Below are positions 18,855-29,033 of a stretch of DNA of 64,000 nt, one piece after another (position 1 is the stretch's first letter; each line of letters starts with the position of its first letter). Source of the DNA: Sulfurospirillaceae bacterium (GTDB taxonomy: Bacteria > Campylobacterota > Campylobacteria > Campylobacterales > Sulfurospirillaceae); NCBI GenBank assembly GCA_033723415.1, contig JAWVXD010000003.1, positions 128,001 through 192,000 of the forward strand, read 5' to 3'. The notes beneath the pieces were generated by a model. It saw only the letters and a list, made by a program, of their open reading frames with translations, searched no databases and had not been told where the DNA came from. Both the position numbers and the translations under genes were made by a program.

Positions 18855-19643
18855 TTGCAGAATATTGATATATTGGTTCAAAAAATTATAAAAGATAATC
18901 TAAGCAAAGAAGAATTTATACGAGAACTAAAAACAAAAAAACCGCTTGTAGATATTGATGTTGACGATTTTGAAAACTTAAGACTATTGGGCTTTCCGGT
19001 TCAAGAAATAGACAATCAAATCATAATAGAAACTGCAAATACAAAGCTTGAAGAACAAACTTTTTGTGTTGTAGACATAGAAGCAAACGGAAGTGATCCT
19101 CAAGTTAATCAAATCATAGAGATAGGTGCCGTGATGGTGAGAAACGGTGAAGAGATAGATAAATTTGAATCATTTGTGGAAACAGATGTTTTACCGGATT
19201 CAATTACCATGCTGACTGGTATTACTCTTGATGATCTAAAGGGTGCGCCTCCTCTTAATTTTGTGTTGGAAAAATTTAGACTTTTTTTAAAAGATGCTGT
19301 TTTTGTGGCACATAATGTAAATTTTGATTATAATTTTATATCAGCATCTTTGCAAAAAGCCGGATTTGGACCACTCTTGAATAGAAAGCTTTGTACAATT
19401 GATCTCTCCAGAAAATGTTTTCAGGCAGAAAAGTACGGTTTGAGCTTTTTGATGGAGCATTTTGATATATCTTTCGGAGCTCAGCATAGAGCTTTAGTTG
19501 ATGCCAAGATGGCTGATTTCGTACTTAGGCATTGTTTGCAAAATCTTCCGGTCAAAGTTTCAACAACTGAAGATCTAATTCAATTGTCAAAACCTATCAA
19601 GAAAAAAAAGAAAAAAACTAAAGATAAAAATTCTTATAACTAA
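18855..19643 (+). CDS. DEDDh 3'-5' exonuclease (DNA polymerase III epsilon-like)
   Basis: VDIEANG, IIEIGAV, VAHNVNFD and HRALVDA motifs. Confidence 0.88.
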   Translation: MQNIDILVQKIIKDNLSKEEFIRELKTKKPLVDIDVDDFENLRLLGFPVQEIDNQIIIETANTKLEEQTFCVVDIEANGSDPQVNQIIEIGAVMVRNGEEIDKFESFVETDVLPDSITMLTGITLDDLKGAPPLNFVLEKFRLFLKDAVFVAHNVNFDYNFISASLQKAGFGPLLNRKLCTIDLSRKCFQAEKYGLSFLMEHFDISFGAQHRALVDAKMADFVLRHCLQNLPVKVSTTEDLIQLSKPIKKKKKKTKDKNSYN

Positions 19644-20142
19644 TGTAATTTTTGGCAGATTCGTATATAGAAGCAACTTCTTCTTCTCTCAATTCTCTAA
19701 CAACTACGGCAGGAGATCCCATTATTAGTGATCTGGGAGGAAATATTTTATTTTTAGTTACAAGAGATCCTGCGCCTACTATAGATTCTTTTCCTATTAC
19801 AGCACCATCCATAATAGTTGTGCTCATGCCTATAAGGCAGGCATTTCCTATAGTACAGCCATGGAGCATCACTTTATGCCCTATTGTAACATCATCACCG
19901 ATGTAGGTAGGATGTCCGTCACTTTTGTCCTCTTTTGTATAATGGTCCACATGGATCATGCTAAGATCTTGTATATTTGTATTTGAGCCTATGTATATAG
20001 AATGGATATCAGCTCTTATCACGCATCCAAACCAGATTGAGCTTTCATCTCCTATTCGAAGATCACCTATCAAATCTGCGCTTGGCGCCACAAAAACGTT
20101 TTTTCCGATATCTGGTTTTGTTCCCCTGTATTCTAAAATCAT
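19618..20142 (-). CDS. Gamma carbonic anhydrase family protein (YrdA-like)
   Basis: IRAD, NIQD, H...IGH..MLHGC metal ligands and hexapeptide repeats. Confidence 0.92.
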   Translation of the reverse strand: MILEYRGTKPDIGKNVFVAPSADLIGDLRIGDESSIWFGCVIRADIHSIYIGSNTNIQDLSMIHVDHYTKEDKSDGHPTYIGDDVTIGHKVMLHGCTIGNACLIGMSTTIMDGAVIGKESIVGAGSLVTKNKIFPPRSLIMGSPAVVVRELREEEVASIYESAKNYISYKNFYL

Positions 20143-20143
20143 C

Positions 20144-22243
20144 CTAGCTTTCCTTAAACAGTTTTTTGGCTAATCTCTCAGCTTTATTAGATGTCGAGTC
20201 TTTTCTCAGCGTCTTATAAATTTTATTGATGTAATCTTCTAAGATCTTTTGACTATTTATGATTTTGGAGCCGTCGTTTTCTATTTTTTCATATTCTTGC
20301 GTATTTTTGAGTTCCCATGCCAGAGAGTTATCATTGAGCTGGAGCTGCAATATTTCAAGTAATTTTTGCTGCAACTGTTTTTCTGTTATTGGAGTCATAA
20401 GTTCCAATCTTCTCTCTAAATTCCTAGGCATCCAGTCTGCACTTGATATGAACATACAAGGGTCTGAATTTTTAAAATAAAATATTCTTGAGTGTTCCAA
20501 GAATCTACCAACGATAGAAACAACTCTTATATTTTCGCTTAAACCTTTAACACCAGGCAGTAAGCAGCAGATACCTCTTATGATAAGATCTATCTTGACA
20601 CCTTTAGATGATGCATTATATAAAGCTTTTATAATGTCCGAATCAACAAGAGAGTTCATCTTGGCAATGATCTGTCCCTCTTCTCCAAGTTTTGCTTCAT
20701 TATTGATCATACCTAATAATTTGGATTTTATTTGGGTCGGCGACATACTTAGATGATTTAGTCTTTGATTTTTTGAAAAGCCTGAAAGTATATGGAAAAA
20801 TGTTGTTACATCTTCCCCAATTTCAGCATTGCAAGTAAAATAACTGACATCAGTATAGATTTTTGCCGTAGCTCCATTGTAATTTCCAGTACCAAGATGC
20901 ATATAAAATTTTAAATTACCATCTTCTTGGCGTATAATTTGAGCGACTTTTGCATGCACCTTAAATCCTGTGATCCCATATATAACATGAGCTCCGGCTT
21001 GCTCCAATGCTTTTGCCCAGTGCAGGTTGTTTTCCTCATCAAATCTAGCTTTAAGCTCAACCATCGCAGTAACTTGTTTTCCATCACTTGCAGCATCTAT
21101 AAGTGCTTGAACTATCTGAGAATTCTTTTCTACTCTGTAAAGTGTGCATCTTATAGAGATGACTTTCGGGTCTTTAGAAGCTTCTTTTATAAGACGATAT
21201 ACCGGTTCAAAACTCTCATATGGGTGATATAATAAAACATCCCCTTTAGTGATAGTCTTAAATATCGATTCATTTTTATCAAGCGGCGGTAATACTTTTG
21301 GATGTAAAGGATTTAAACAAAGGTGAGAGAAGTCTTTGTCGCCAACAATCTGCCATAATGCTCCAAGGTTCAGCGGTAGATTGTATTCATAAATATCTTT
21401 GAAGAAAATTTGCATGTGGGTATTTAAAAACTCCAGGATATCAGGATCTGCGCCTGATTGTATAGTTAGTCTTACAAAAGCACCTTTTCTTCTAAGTTTT
21501 ATTCCTTGTTCCATGATCATCATAAAGTCATCGGCTTCTTCTTCTTCTATGACAATATCCGCATTTCTTGTAACTCTGAATGCCGCAGACGAGATCAGCT
21601 TATAGCCGGGAAATATCGTCTCCACGTGTTCGTGAACAATTGATTCTATAGGGACATAGTGATTATCATCTGCTTGAAAAAAACGAGGTAATACTCTGGT
21701 TATTCTGATCATCCCGTATTTAAATTTTGAGTCTTCAGTACTGTCACTCAGTTTGACAGCCAGTGAAAAGCTTAAATTGTTTAGATGAGGGAAAGGATGC
21801 GTAGAGTTTACGGCAATAGGTATAATTATAGGCAGTATATTTGATACGAAATACTCATCGGCTTTCTTTTTTAGTTCATCACTTAGATATTCATAACTTT
21901 TTATAAAAAGATTCTCACCCTCTAACCCATTTACAATTTCATGATAAGTGTCTTGTACGATCTCTTTTTCTGCCGAGATGTAGCTTCTTATCCCCCTGAG
22001 CTGATCAAGCGGAGTCATCTGATCAGGCCCTGTTACTATGACACCAGCGTTAAAAAGTTGTTTTAATCCGGCAACTCTTATCATGTAAAATTCGTCTAGA
22101 TTTGTAGTATAAATAGCCAAAAATTTTAATCTCTCTAAAAGAGGAAGTTCTTTTTTCCTTGCCTGTTCCAAGACTCTAGTATTAAATCTTAGCCAAGATA
22201 ATTCTCTATTTATATATGCGCTAGAATCATTTAAATTTGGCAT
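20144..22243 (-). CDS. ppk1: Polyphosphate kinase 1
   Basis: [47 protein letters not shown] and SADWMPRN motifs. Confidence 0.97.
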   Translation of the reverse strand: MPNLNDSSAYINRELSWLRFNTRVLEQARKKELPLLERLKFLAIYTTNLDEFYMIRVAGLKQLFNAGVIVTGPDQMTPLDQLRGIRSYISAEKEIVQDTYHEIVNGLEGENLFIKSYEYLSDELKKKADEYFVSNILPIIIPIAVNSTHPFPHLNNLSFSLAVKLSDSTEDSKFKYGMIRITRVLPRFFQADDNHYVPIESIVHEHVETIFPGYKLISSAAFRVTRNADIVIEEEEADDFMMIMEQGIKLRRKGAFVRLTIQSGADPDILEFLNTHMQIFFKDIYEYNLPLNLGALWQIVGDKDFSHLCLNPLHPKVLPPLDKNESIFKTITKGDVLLYHPYESFEPVYRLIKEASKDPKVISIRCTLYRVEKNSQIVQALIDAASDGKQVTAMVELKARFDEENNLHWAKALEQAGAHVIYGITGFKVHAKVAQIIRQEDGNLKFYMHLGTGNYNGATAKIYTDVSYFTCNAEIGEDVTTFFHILSGFSKNQRLNHLSMSPTQIKSKLLGMINNEAKLGEEGQIIAKMNSLVDSDIIKALYNASSKGVKIDLIIRGICCLLPGVKGLSENIRVVSIVGRFLEHSRIFYFKNSDPCMFISSADWMPRNLERRLELMTPITEKQLQQKLLEILQLQLNDNSLAWELKNTQEYEKIENDGSKIINSQKILEDYINKIYKTLRKDSTSNKAERLAKKLFKES

Positions 22244-22304
22244 TATGCCTCCTTTGAGAGTATTTATAAAATGCTTATTATATCAAAAATATAGCGCCTC
22301 GTAG

Positions 22305-24281
22305 TCATAGTTTTCTAAGTTTTGCTATCTCATCCCTAAGTTTTGCGGCTTTTTCAAATTCTAGATCTTTTGCAGCTTTGTGCATTTGAATGCTGAGTGA
22401 TTTGATGATCTCTTTTTTCTGGCTTGGCGGGATCTTGTCCTTTTTGTCATAGGTATTGTATATATCACCTAATTCTTCGACTTTTAAATTTTCATCCATC
22501 CCTCTGGTCGTTGTCGTCGGAGTTATATTGTGCTTTTTGTTGTATGCTTCTTGTATCTTTCTTCTCTTTTCAGTTATTTCGATAGCTTTTCTCATAGATT
22601 CTGTTATCTTCTTTGCAAACAAGATGACTTTACCGTGAGTATTTCTTGCGGCTCTCCCCATAGTTTGAATCAAGCTGGTTTCACTTCTTAAAAATCCTTC
22701 TTTATCGGCATCAAGTATAGCCACGAGTGAGACTTCCGGGAGGTCTAAACCTTCTCTTAAAAGGTTGATACCTACTAAGATATCAAATTCTCCGTTTCTA
22801 AGAGCTCTAATAATCTGATTTCGCTCGATCGCATCGATTTCAGAGTGCATATATTTTACTTTGAGCCCTAGTTCATTATAATATCTACTAAGTTCTTCTG
22901 CCATCTTTTTGGTTAATACAGTGACTAAAACACGCTCATCCTTGGCAACTACATTTTTTATCTCATCAAACAACCACTCTACTTGATTTTCACTATCTAT
23001 TATCTCAATTTGCGGCTCCATAAGTCCAGTCGGTCTGATCACCTGTTCAGCTACATTTTCACCGGACAATTCTAGCTCTAACTCTTTTGGTGTAGCTGAA
23101 ACAAAAAGGTAATGCGGTGCTTTATTTATAAATTCATCAAACATCAAAGGACGGTTATCAAGGGCACTTGGAAGCCTAAAACCGTATTCTACCAAAACTT
23201 CTTTTCTGCTGCGATCTCCTGCAAACATACCGCGAAATTGAGGAAGACTGACATGTGATTCATCTACTATGACAAGATAATCTTTCCCCATAGTTTCAAA
23301 ATAATCAAATAAAGAATAAGGAGTCTCTCCTTCCTTGATTCCTGTTAGATATCTAGCGTAATTCTCAACTCCCTTGCAGGCACCTGTTGCTTGAAGCATT
23401 TCTAGATCAAACTCAACTCTACTTTTTAGACGTTGATACTCTACCAATTTATCTGCATCTTTTAGCTCTTGTAGCCTCTGTGCCAACTCCTCTTCTATTT
23501 GTTTAATCGCAATTTTCAGTCTTTCATGACCTACTATAAATTGATTGGCTGCGTAGATGATGACTTTGTCGACATTTTTTATTTTTTGATTGCTCAAAAC
23601 TTCAAAGTAATAGATACTTTCTATCTCATCTCCGAAGAATTCGATCCTTATGGCTTCATCCTCATTGTAGGCCGGATGTATATCTACAACATCACCATTT
23701 ACTCTAAAACATCCTCTGTCAAAAAAAGTATCATTTCTTTTATATCCCATGTCTACAAGTTGTAATAAAAGTTTTTTCTGGTTTATGCTTTGCCCAACAT
23801 CAAGAGCTTGGACCATACTCTTGTACTCATTTGGATTTCCCAAACCGTAATTTGCAGAAACTGAAGCTACACATATGACATCATCAAAACTTAAAAGTGA
23901 TGCAGTCGCACTTAGTCGCAACCTCTCCAGTTCTTCATTAATGGAGCTGTCTTTTTCTATGAACAGATCTGCTCTAGGGATATAAGCTTCAGGTTGGTAG
24001 TAGTCATAATAAGAGATAAAATATTCTACATGATTTTTTGGGAAAAAACCTTTGAATTCACTATAAAGCTGAGCTGCAAGAGTTTTATTATGCGTCATGA
24101 TAAGTGTAGGCATCTGAAGTTCGTTTATGATGTTAGCCATAGTAAAAGTTTTACCGCTTCCGGTTACTCCTACCAAAGTTTGGTACCTATTGTTTTTTTT
24201 TATTGAATCTGATAGTTTTTTAATTGCATCAGGCTGGTCACCTGTTGGAGAAAATTTACTATTTAGTTGAAACTTTGTCAT
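22305..24281 (-). CDS. uvrB: Excinuclease ABC subunit B
   Basis: [32 protein letters not shown] and a C-terminal UVR domain. Confidence 0.98.
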   Translation of the reverse strand: MTKFQLNSKFSPTGDQPDAIKKLSDSIKKNNRYQTLVGVTGSGKTFTMANIINELQMPTLIMTHNKTLAAQLYSEFKGFFPKNHVEYFISYYDYYQPEAYIPRADLFIEKDSSINEELERLRLSATASLLSFDDVICVASVSANYGLGNPNEYKSMVQALDVGQSINQKKLLLQLVDMGYKRNDTFFDRGCFRVNGDVVDIHPAYNEDEAIRIEFFGDEIESIYYFEVLSNQKIKNVDKVIIYAANQFIVGHERLKIAIKQIEEELAQRLQELKDADKLVEYQRLKSRVEFDLEMLQATGACKGVENYARYLTGIKEGETPYSLFDYFETMGKDYLVIVDESHVSLPQFRGMFAGDRSRKEVLVEYGFRLPSALDNRPLMFDEFINKAPHYLFVSATPKELELELSGENVAEQVIRPTGLMEPQIEIIDSENQVEWLFDEIKNVVAKDERVLVTVLTKKMAEELSRYYNELGLKVKYMHSEIDAIERNQIIRALRNGEFDILVGINLLREGLDLPEVSLVAILDADKEGFLRSETSLIQTMGRAARNTHGKVILFAKKITESMRKAIEITEKRRKIQEAYNKKHNITPTTTTRGMDENLKVEELGDIYNTYDKKDKIPPSQKKEIIKSLSIQMHKAAKDLEFEKAAKLRDEIAKLRKL

Positions 24282-24339
24282 CTTTTTACTTTTTTTTGTT
24301 ACAATTATAGCAAAGTTATTACTCTACTGGCTAAATACA

Positions 24340-24366
24340 TCAATACCGGATATACTTAGCCGATAA
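24340..24366 (+). promoter_or_regulatory. Sigma28 (FliA)-type promoter candidate upstream of the zapB-like gene
   Basis: TCAA-N15-GCCGATAA. Confidence 0.55.
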
Positions 24367-24395
24367 AGTAATTAAATTATCAATTAGGAATAAGC

Positions 24396-24629
24396 ATGTT
24401 TAGTGAAGAATTAACCGTAAGTAAACTTAGTGAAAAGATAAATAACTTATTGACTAGGTTTGAAGATCTGAAGGCTCAGAACGAATCACTTATGCAACAA
24501 GTGATGACGCTGAAAGCTGAAAATGAGGCTAAAAGTGCTCAGATAGAAAAACTTGAAGAAGATGTGATGAACAAAGATATGGAAGCAGATGATATACTTG
24601 GTAAGATCGAGGAAGTCTTGCGAAGATGA
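24396..24629 (+). CDS. Small coiled-coil protein, ZapB-like
   Basis: 77-aa continuous heptad coiled coil (LSEKINNLLTRFEDLKAQNESL...) directly upstream of a ZapA-like gene. Confidence 0.6.
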   Translation: MFSEELTVSKLSEKINNLLTRFEDLKAQNESLMQQVMTLKAENEAKSAQIEKLEEDVMNKDMEADDILGKIEEVLRR

Positions 24630-24853
24630 GTAAAATTTCTCTTCAAATAGGCGCAAAAGATTTTGATATCAAGCTTGATGGAGATTTTTCTGAATTTTTT
24701 GAAAAAGATTTTAAAAAGACATTTAAAGACCAACGTAATATCGATATCAAAGATCTCCTTTGGAGTTATGTCCAAAAAGTTTATAATGAATATGAAACAG
24801 AACAGCAAATAAAAGAGATTTTGTCAAAAGTGGCAAAGATCGATGAAGCTTAA
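24626..24853 (+). CDS. Small protein, ZapA-like architecture
   Basis: N-terminal beta-hairpin pattern ISLQIGAKDFDIKL followed by helices/coiled coil; ATGA-coupled to the ZapB-like gene. Confidence 0.5.
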   Translation: MSKISLQIGAKDFDIKLDGDFSEFFEKDFKKTFKDQRNIDIKDLLWSYVQKVYNEYETEQQIKEILSKVAKIDEA

Positions 24854-24885
24854 AAGCCTGGATATAGGCTGATTCTCTATTACAA

Positions 24886-24912
24886 TAAAAAATTATCCAA
24901 CTAAGCCGATAT
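24886..24912 (+). promoter_or_regulatory. Sigma28 (FliA)-type promoter candidate upstream of the pilin-like gene
   Basis: TAAA-N15-GCCGATAT, a near-exact match to the FliA consensus, just after a short hairpin (AGCCT..AGGCT). Confidence 0.6.
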
Positions 24913-25002
24913 TGTTTAAGTGTATATTTAAGTTTATTTAAATATCATATCAGTTAGGTTGATAAGTGTATCAATCAAAAAATTTACAAAAAGGAGTAAA
25001 CC

Positions 25003-25530
25003 ATGAAAAAGGGTTTTACTATGATCGAGTTGATCTTCGTGATCGTAATTTTAGGAATTTTAGCAGCGGTTGCGATTCCAAGACTAGCAGCAACAAGAGA
25101 TGATGCAAAGCTTGCAGCTGTTAAAACAGATATAGGTACTTTTATGAATGCGATTCCTGCATGGTATCAAGGACAAAAAGATGCTAGAATTGCTCAGGCA
25201 ACTAGTATAGATACAAACCAATGGGTCCAAAATACTGGAGTTGGAGCTGAATATACACTAACTTTAGATAATCAAGCTTGTGTTACTATAGCTGTATGGG
25301 ACGTGAATGGTACCACAGCAGCAGATGCTCACGTAGCTACTACAGCTGAGATAAATGCTACAAATGGTGCTTGGCAACCAACACTTACTGATGGTGTACC
25401 TGTATTTAGAGTTATTAATGCACCAAAGCTTGCCGGAAATTCTCCAACAGGTATCTGTGGAACTCTATGGAATGACATGGGTGTACAAGAAGCAAATATT
25501 ACTATGGCCGGTCAAAAAGTTAAGTGGTAA
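25003..25530 (+). CDS. Type IV pilin/pseudopilin-like protein (probable major subunit)
   Basis: Class III signal MKKG|FTMIELIFVIVILGILAAVAIP with E5; two Cys in the globular part; strong AAGGAG RBS. Confidence 0.88.
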   Translation: MKKGFTMIELIFVIVILGILAAVAIPRLAATRDDAKLAAVKTDIGTFMNAIPAWYQGQKDARIAQATSIDTNQWVQNTGVGAEYTLTLDNQACVTIAVWDVNGTTAADAHVATTAEINATNGAWQPTLTDGVPVFRVINAPKLAGNSPTGICGTLWNDMGVQEANITMAGQKVKW

Positions 25531-25543
25531 TTGTTTGAAACAA

Positions 25544-26023
25544 ATGATAGATAAAAAGGCAGGTACTAGACCTGCCTTTACAATGATCGAGCTTATCTTT
25601 GTCATCGTGGTGATAGGTATACTCTCAGCTATTGCTATACCACGACTTGCTGCAAGTAGAGATGATGCCGTACTGGTAAAAGCAAAATCTCAAGTATCAG
25701 CCATAAGAAGCGGTATTGCTATGCAGAAAAATAAAAGATTACTAGAGGGAACAACTCCTGCTCTTCTACCTTCTCTTGATAGTGTAACTAATTATAATTT
25801 AGCTAATCAAAGACTTTTCAACTATGCCGATGGCAACAGTAGCAATGTTTTAGAATATCCAATATATTCAAAAATAAACAGTGATGGAGCATGGGTAAAA
25901 ACTGCGGCAAATAAATACTCTATTTATCTTCGTAATACTACAGTATCTTTTGATTACAATTCAACTAGCGGTATATTTGATTGTTCTCATACAGACCAAA
26001 ACTGCAAAGATCTAACACAATAA
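25544..26023 (+). CDS. Second type IV pilin/pseudopilin-like protein
   Basis: True start at ATG 25544 (MIDKKAGTRPA|FTMIELIFVIVVIGILSAIAIP); C-terminal Cys pair. Confidence 0.85.
   Translation: MIDKKAGTRPAFTMIELIFVIVVIGILSAIAIPRLAASRDDAVLVKAKSQVSAIRSGIAMQKNKRLLEGTTPALLPSLDSVTNYNLANQRLFNYADGNSSNVLEYPIYSKINSDGAWVKTAANKYSIYLRNTTVSFDYNSTSGIFDCSHTDQNCKDLTQ
25555..25579 (+). terminator. GC-rich hairpin inside the 5' end of the second pilin gene
   Basis: AAAGGCAGGT-ACTAG-ACCTGCCTTT perfect 10-bp stem, 24 nt after the first pilin stop. Confidence 0.65.
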
Positions 26024-26024
26024 G

Positions 26025-27869
26025 TTGAAACACTACTTTTTAGTTTCTCTTCTTTCGTCTCCTCTTGGTCCTTTAACTTATGAATGCGAATATGAACTTA
26101 AAATCGGCAATATCGTAGAAGTTACGTTAAATAAAAAATCTAGGATTGGTGTTGTAATATCAAAAACAGTTAAACCTGATTTTGAGTGTGAAGAGATAAT
26201 AAGTGTAAAAGAAGAGTTTTATGAAGAAAAAACTCTTATGCTCGCAAAATTTATAAGCGATTATTATGTATGTTCTCTTGGTGATGCTATTAAATTATTT
26301 GTACCGTACAAAAAGGTACAAATACAATATAAAAATAGTGAAAAGGCGATCTCTCCATTTATCCTTTCCAAAAAACAAGAATCAGCATTTGAATTTATAA
26401 ATCATCATGACAGGTCACTACTTTTTGGAGATACGGGAAGCGGTAAAACAGAAATCTATATGAAGTGTATAACAGAAGTTATAAATAGCGGTAAAAAAGC
26501 GATTTTCCTAATGCCCGAAATAGGGTTGACCCCACAAATGAAAAAAAGGCTTGTAAGTGTTTTTGGAGAACGTGTGGCAATATGGCATTCAAAGATAACA
26601 AAAAAGAAAAAAGAAGAGATTATAAACGACTTGTGCAGCGACAAAATATCTTTGATAGCAGGCACTAGGTCAGCACTTTTTTTACCGGTGTCAAATTTGG
26701 GTTTGATAATTGTAGATGAAGAGCATGATGATAGCTATAAATCAAGTCAAAGACCAAGATATAACGCAAAGGATCTAGCGCTTTTATTTGCGAAGAGAGA
26801 AAATGCAAAAGTTGTATTAGGTAGTGCAACACCAAGTTTAGGCAGTTATAAAAATCTTCCTAGATTTAGATTGAGCGGGACTTATTTTGATACCAAAAAA
26901 AGTTATTTCTTTGAGAATTATATCAGTGAATTAACACCTCTTTTAATAGACAAGATTAAAGAACATTTAGATAAAAAAGAGAAGATTATAGTCTTTTTAC
27001 CGACTCGTGCCAATTTTAAATATATGACTTGTTTTGATTGTGGAGCAAACATAACGTGTCCGCATTGTAGTGTAGGGATGAGTCTACACAGCGACAAAAA
27101 CGCCCTTGTTTGTCATTATTGCAATTTTACGCAGAGGATCCCAAATACATGCCCTAAATGCGAGAGTGAAAATCTTCATACAAATAGAATAGGTACGGCA
27201 CAAATCGTTGCTTACCTGAAAGAAGTGTTCAAAGATAAGGTCATAGGAAAATTCGATAGAGATGAAGTTAAAACAATTAAAAAATTAAATAGTGTTCTGA
27301 AAGATTTTAATGACGGTTTGATAGATATTTTGGTCGGAACTCAAATGCTCTCTAAAGGTCATGATTATCACTCTATTGGACTTAGTGTCATCATGGGAAT
27401 CGATGCCGTGTTGAACATGCCAGATTTTAGAGCTAGGGAAAAAGCTATATCTTTGGTACATCAGATAGCCGGACGAGCAGGACGAGCAGGTGAGGGCGAA
27501 GTTTATATACAAACACAAAATGTAGATATAATAAAAGAATTTATGAGTGATTATGAGAGTTTCTTAAAAGATGAATTAAGGTATAGAAAAGAGATCTATC
27601 CTCCATTTATAAAGCTTTTAAAGATATTGGTCTCTCACAAAAGTGATGAAAAAGCAAGCCTGCTGCTCGCAGAAGTCGTGAGATTGGCACGCACCTTTTC
27701 AAAACTTGAAATAGTAGGTGAGGGTAGAGCAAATATAGAAAAAATCGCCGGAAAATATAGATATAACTTACTTTTAAGAAGTCATGACCCAAAAGAGTTG
27801 TTGAATTTTGCTCATACCTGTAATAAACTTCAAGTAGAGATAGATATGGACCCGTTATCTTTTTCTTAA
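26025..27869 (+). CDS. priA: Primosomal protein N'
   Basis: GDTGSGKTEIY, DEEHD, SATPS, four CxxC pairs and GTQMLSKGHD. Confidence 0.96.
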   Translation: MKHYFLVSLLSSPLGPLTYECEYELKIGNIVEVTLNKKSRIGVVISKTVKPDFECEEIISVKEEFYEEKTLMLAKFISDYYVCSLGDAIKLFVPYKKVQIQYKNSEKAISPFILSKKQESAFEFINHHDRSLLFGDTGSGKTEIYMKCITEVINSGKKAIFLMPEIGLTPQMKKRLVSVFGERVAIWHSKITKKKKEEIINDLCSDKISLIAGTRSALFLPVSNLGLIIVDEEHDDSYKSSQRPRYNAKDLALLFAKRENAKVVLGSATPSLGSYKNLPRFRLSGTYFDTKKSYFFENYISELTPLLIDKIKEHLDKKEKIIVFLPTRANFKYMTCFDCGANITCPHCSVGMSLHSDKNALVCHYCNFTQRIPNTCPKCESENLHTNRIGTAQIVAYLKEVFKDKVIGKFDRDEVKTIKKLNSVLKDFNDGLIDILVGTQMLSKGHDYHSIGLSVIMGIDAVLNMPDFRAREKAISLVHQIAGRAGRAGEGEVYIQTQNVDIIKEFMSDYESFLKDELRYRKEIYPPFIKLLKILVSHKSDEKASLLLAEVVRLARTFSKLEIVGEGRANIEKIAGKYRYNLLLRSHDPKELLNFAHTCNKLQVEIDMDPLSFS

Positions 27870-27971
27870 CCTAATTTTTGTATAATCATTTTATAAAATA
27901 TTATTTGTATCAAAAGTAAAATTTGAACAATATTGAATAATGCGGTTTTTTATAAGAAAGGCAATAACTAA

Positions 27972-29033
27972 ATGATAAATAGATATAAAACTAAAAAAAT
28001 ATACGTAGGTGACATTGCCGTAGGGGGAGATGCTCCAATTCCCGTGCAGTCTATGACATATTCAAAAACCAGAGATGTGGATGCTACGGTTGAGCAGATA
28101 AGACGTCTTAGCTTTGCAGGTTGTGACATAGTTCGTGTTGCCGTTCCTGATTATGAAGATGCCAGAGCGTTAAAATCTATAAAAGAACAAATCAATCTGC
28201 CGCTTGTCGCAGATATTCACTTTAACTATAGATTAGCTTTGATCGCTGCAGAAGTAGTTGACTGTATTCGTATTAATCCTGGAAATATAGGTGAAAAAAG
28301 CAGGGTAAAAGAGGTTGTCAAAGCTTGTCAAGAACGAAATATTCCTATACGAATAGGTGTCAATAGCGGCTCTTTAGAAGAGATGTTTGACGTAAAATAC
28401 GGTGCCACACCGAAAGGAATGGTAGAATCTGCACTTTATAATATCAAATATCTTGAAGATTTAGGCTTTACTAATCTAAAAGTTTCTCTAAAAGCAAGTG
28501 ATGTCCAAAGGACGGTTGAGGCGTATAGAATGCTTCGTCCATTAGTGGATTATCCATTTCATATAGGTGTTACAGAAGCAGGAACACGTTTTCATTCTAC
28601 AGTAAAATCTTCTATAGCTCTTGGTTCTTTGCTATTAGAAGGCATCGGTGATACTATGAGAGTTTCAATAACCGGGGAATTAGAAGAAGAGATAAAAGTA
28701 GGAAAAGCGATTCTCAAAGACAGCGGTATTTCAAAAAGTGGATTAAACATAATATCATGTCCTACATGTGGACGAATAGAGGCCAATCTTGTGAAAGCGG
28801 TAGCAGAAGTAGAGGAGCGAACCAAACACATAAATGCACCTTTAAATGTTTCTGTCATGGGTTGTGTAGTCAATGCCATAGGTGAAGCAAAAGGTGCTGA
28901 TGTTGCTATAGCCTATGGAAAAGGACAGGGTTTGATCATGCGAAAAGGCGAAATCGTAGCAAAATTAAAAGAAAATGAGCTGGTAGATAGATTTTTACAA
29001 GAAGTCGAACTTGCGGCTAAGGAATTAGAATAG
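27972..29033 (+). CDS. ispG: 4-hydroxy-3-methylbut-2-en-1-yl diphosphate synthase
   Basis: [24 protein letters not shown] and MGCVVN motifs. Confidence 0.97.
   Translation: MINRYKTKKIYVGDIAVGGDAPIPVQSMTYSKTRDVDATVEQIRRLSFAGCDIVRVAVPDYEDARALKSIKEQINLPLVADIHFNYRLALIAAEVVDCIRINPGNIGEKSRVKEVVKACQERNIPIRIGVNSGSLEEMFDVKYGATPKGMVESALYNIKYLEDLGFTNLKVSLKASDVQRTVEAYRMLRPLVDYPFHIGVTEAGTRFHSTVKSSIALGSLLLEGIGDTMRVSITGELEEEIKVGKAILKDSGISKSGLNIISCPTCGRIEANLVKAVAEVEERTKHINAPLNVSVMGCVVNAIGEAKGADVAIAYGKGQGLIMRKGEIVAKLKENELVDRFLQEVELAAKELE

Noticed and set aside
24854..25002. 6S RNA downstream of the zapA-like gene
   Set aside because: The spacer is only about 150 nt, very AT-rich, lacks a long closing stem and is accounted for by a hairpin plus promoter motifs.
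25355..25543. 63-aa N-terminal extension of the second pilin in the ORF track
   Set aside because: Overlaps the first pilin in another frame; the class III signal places the real start at 25544.
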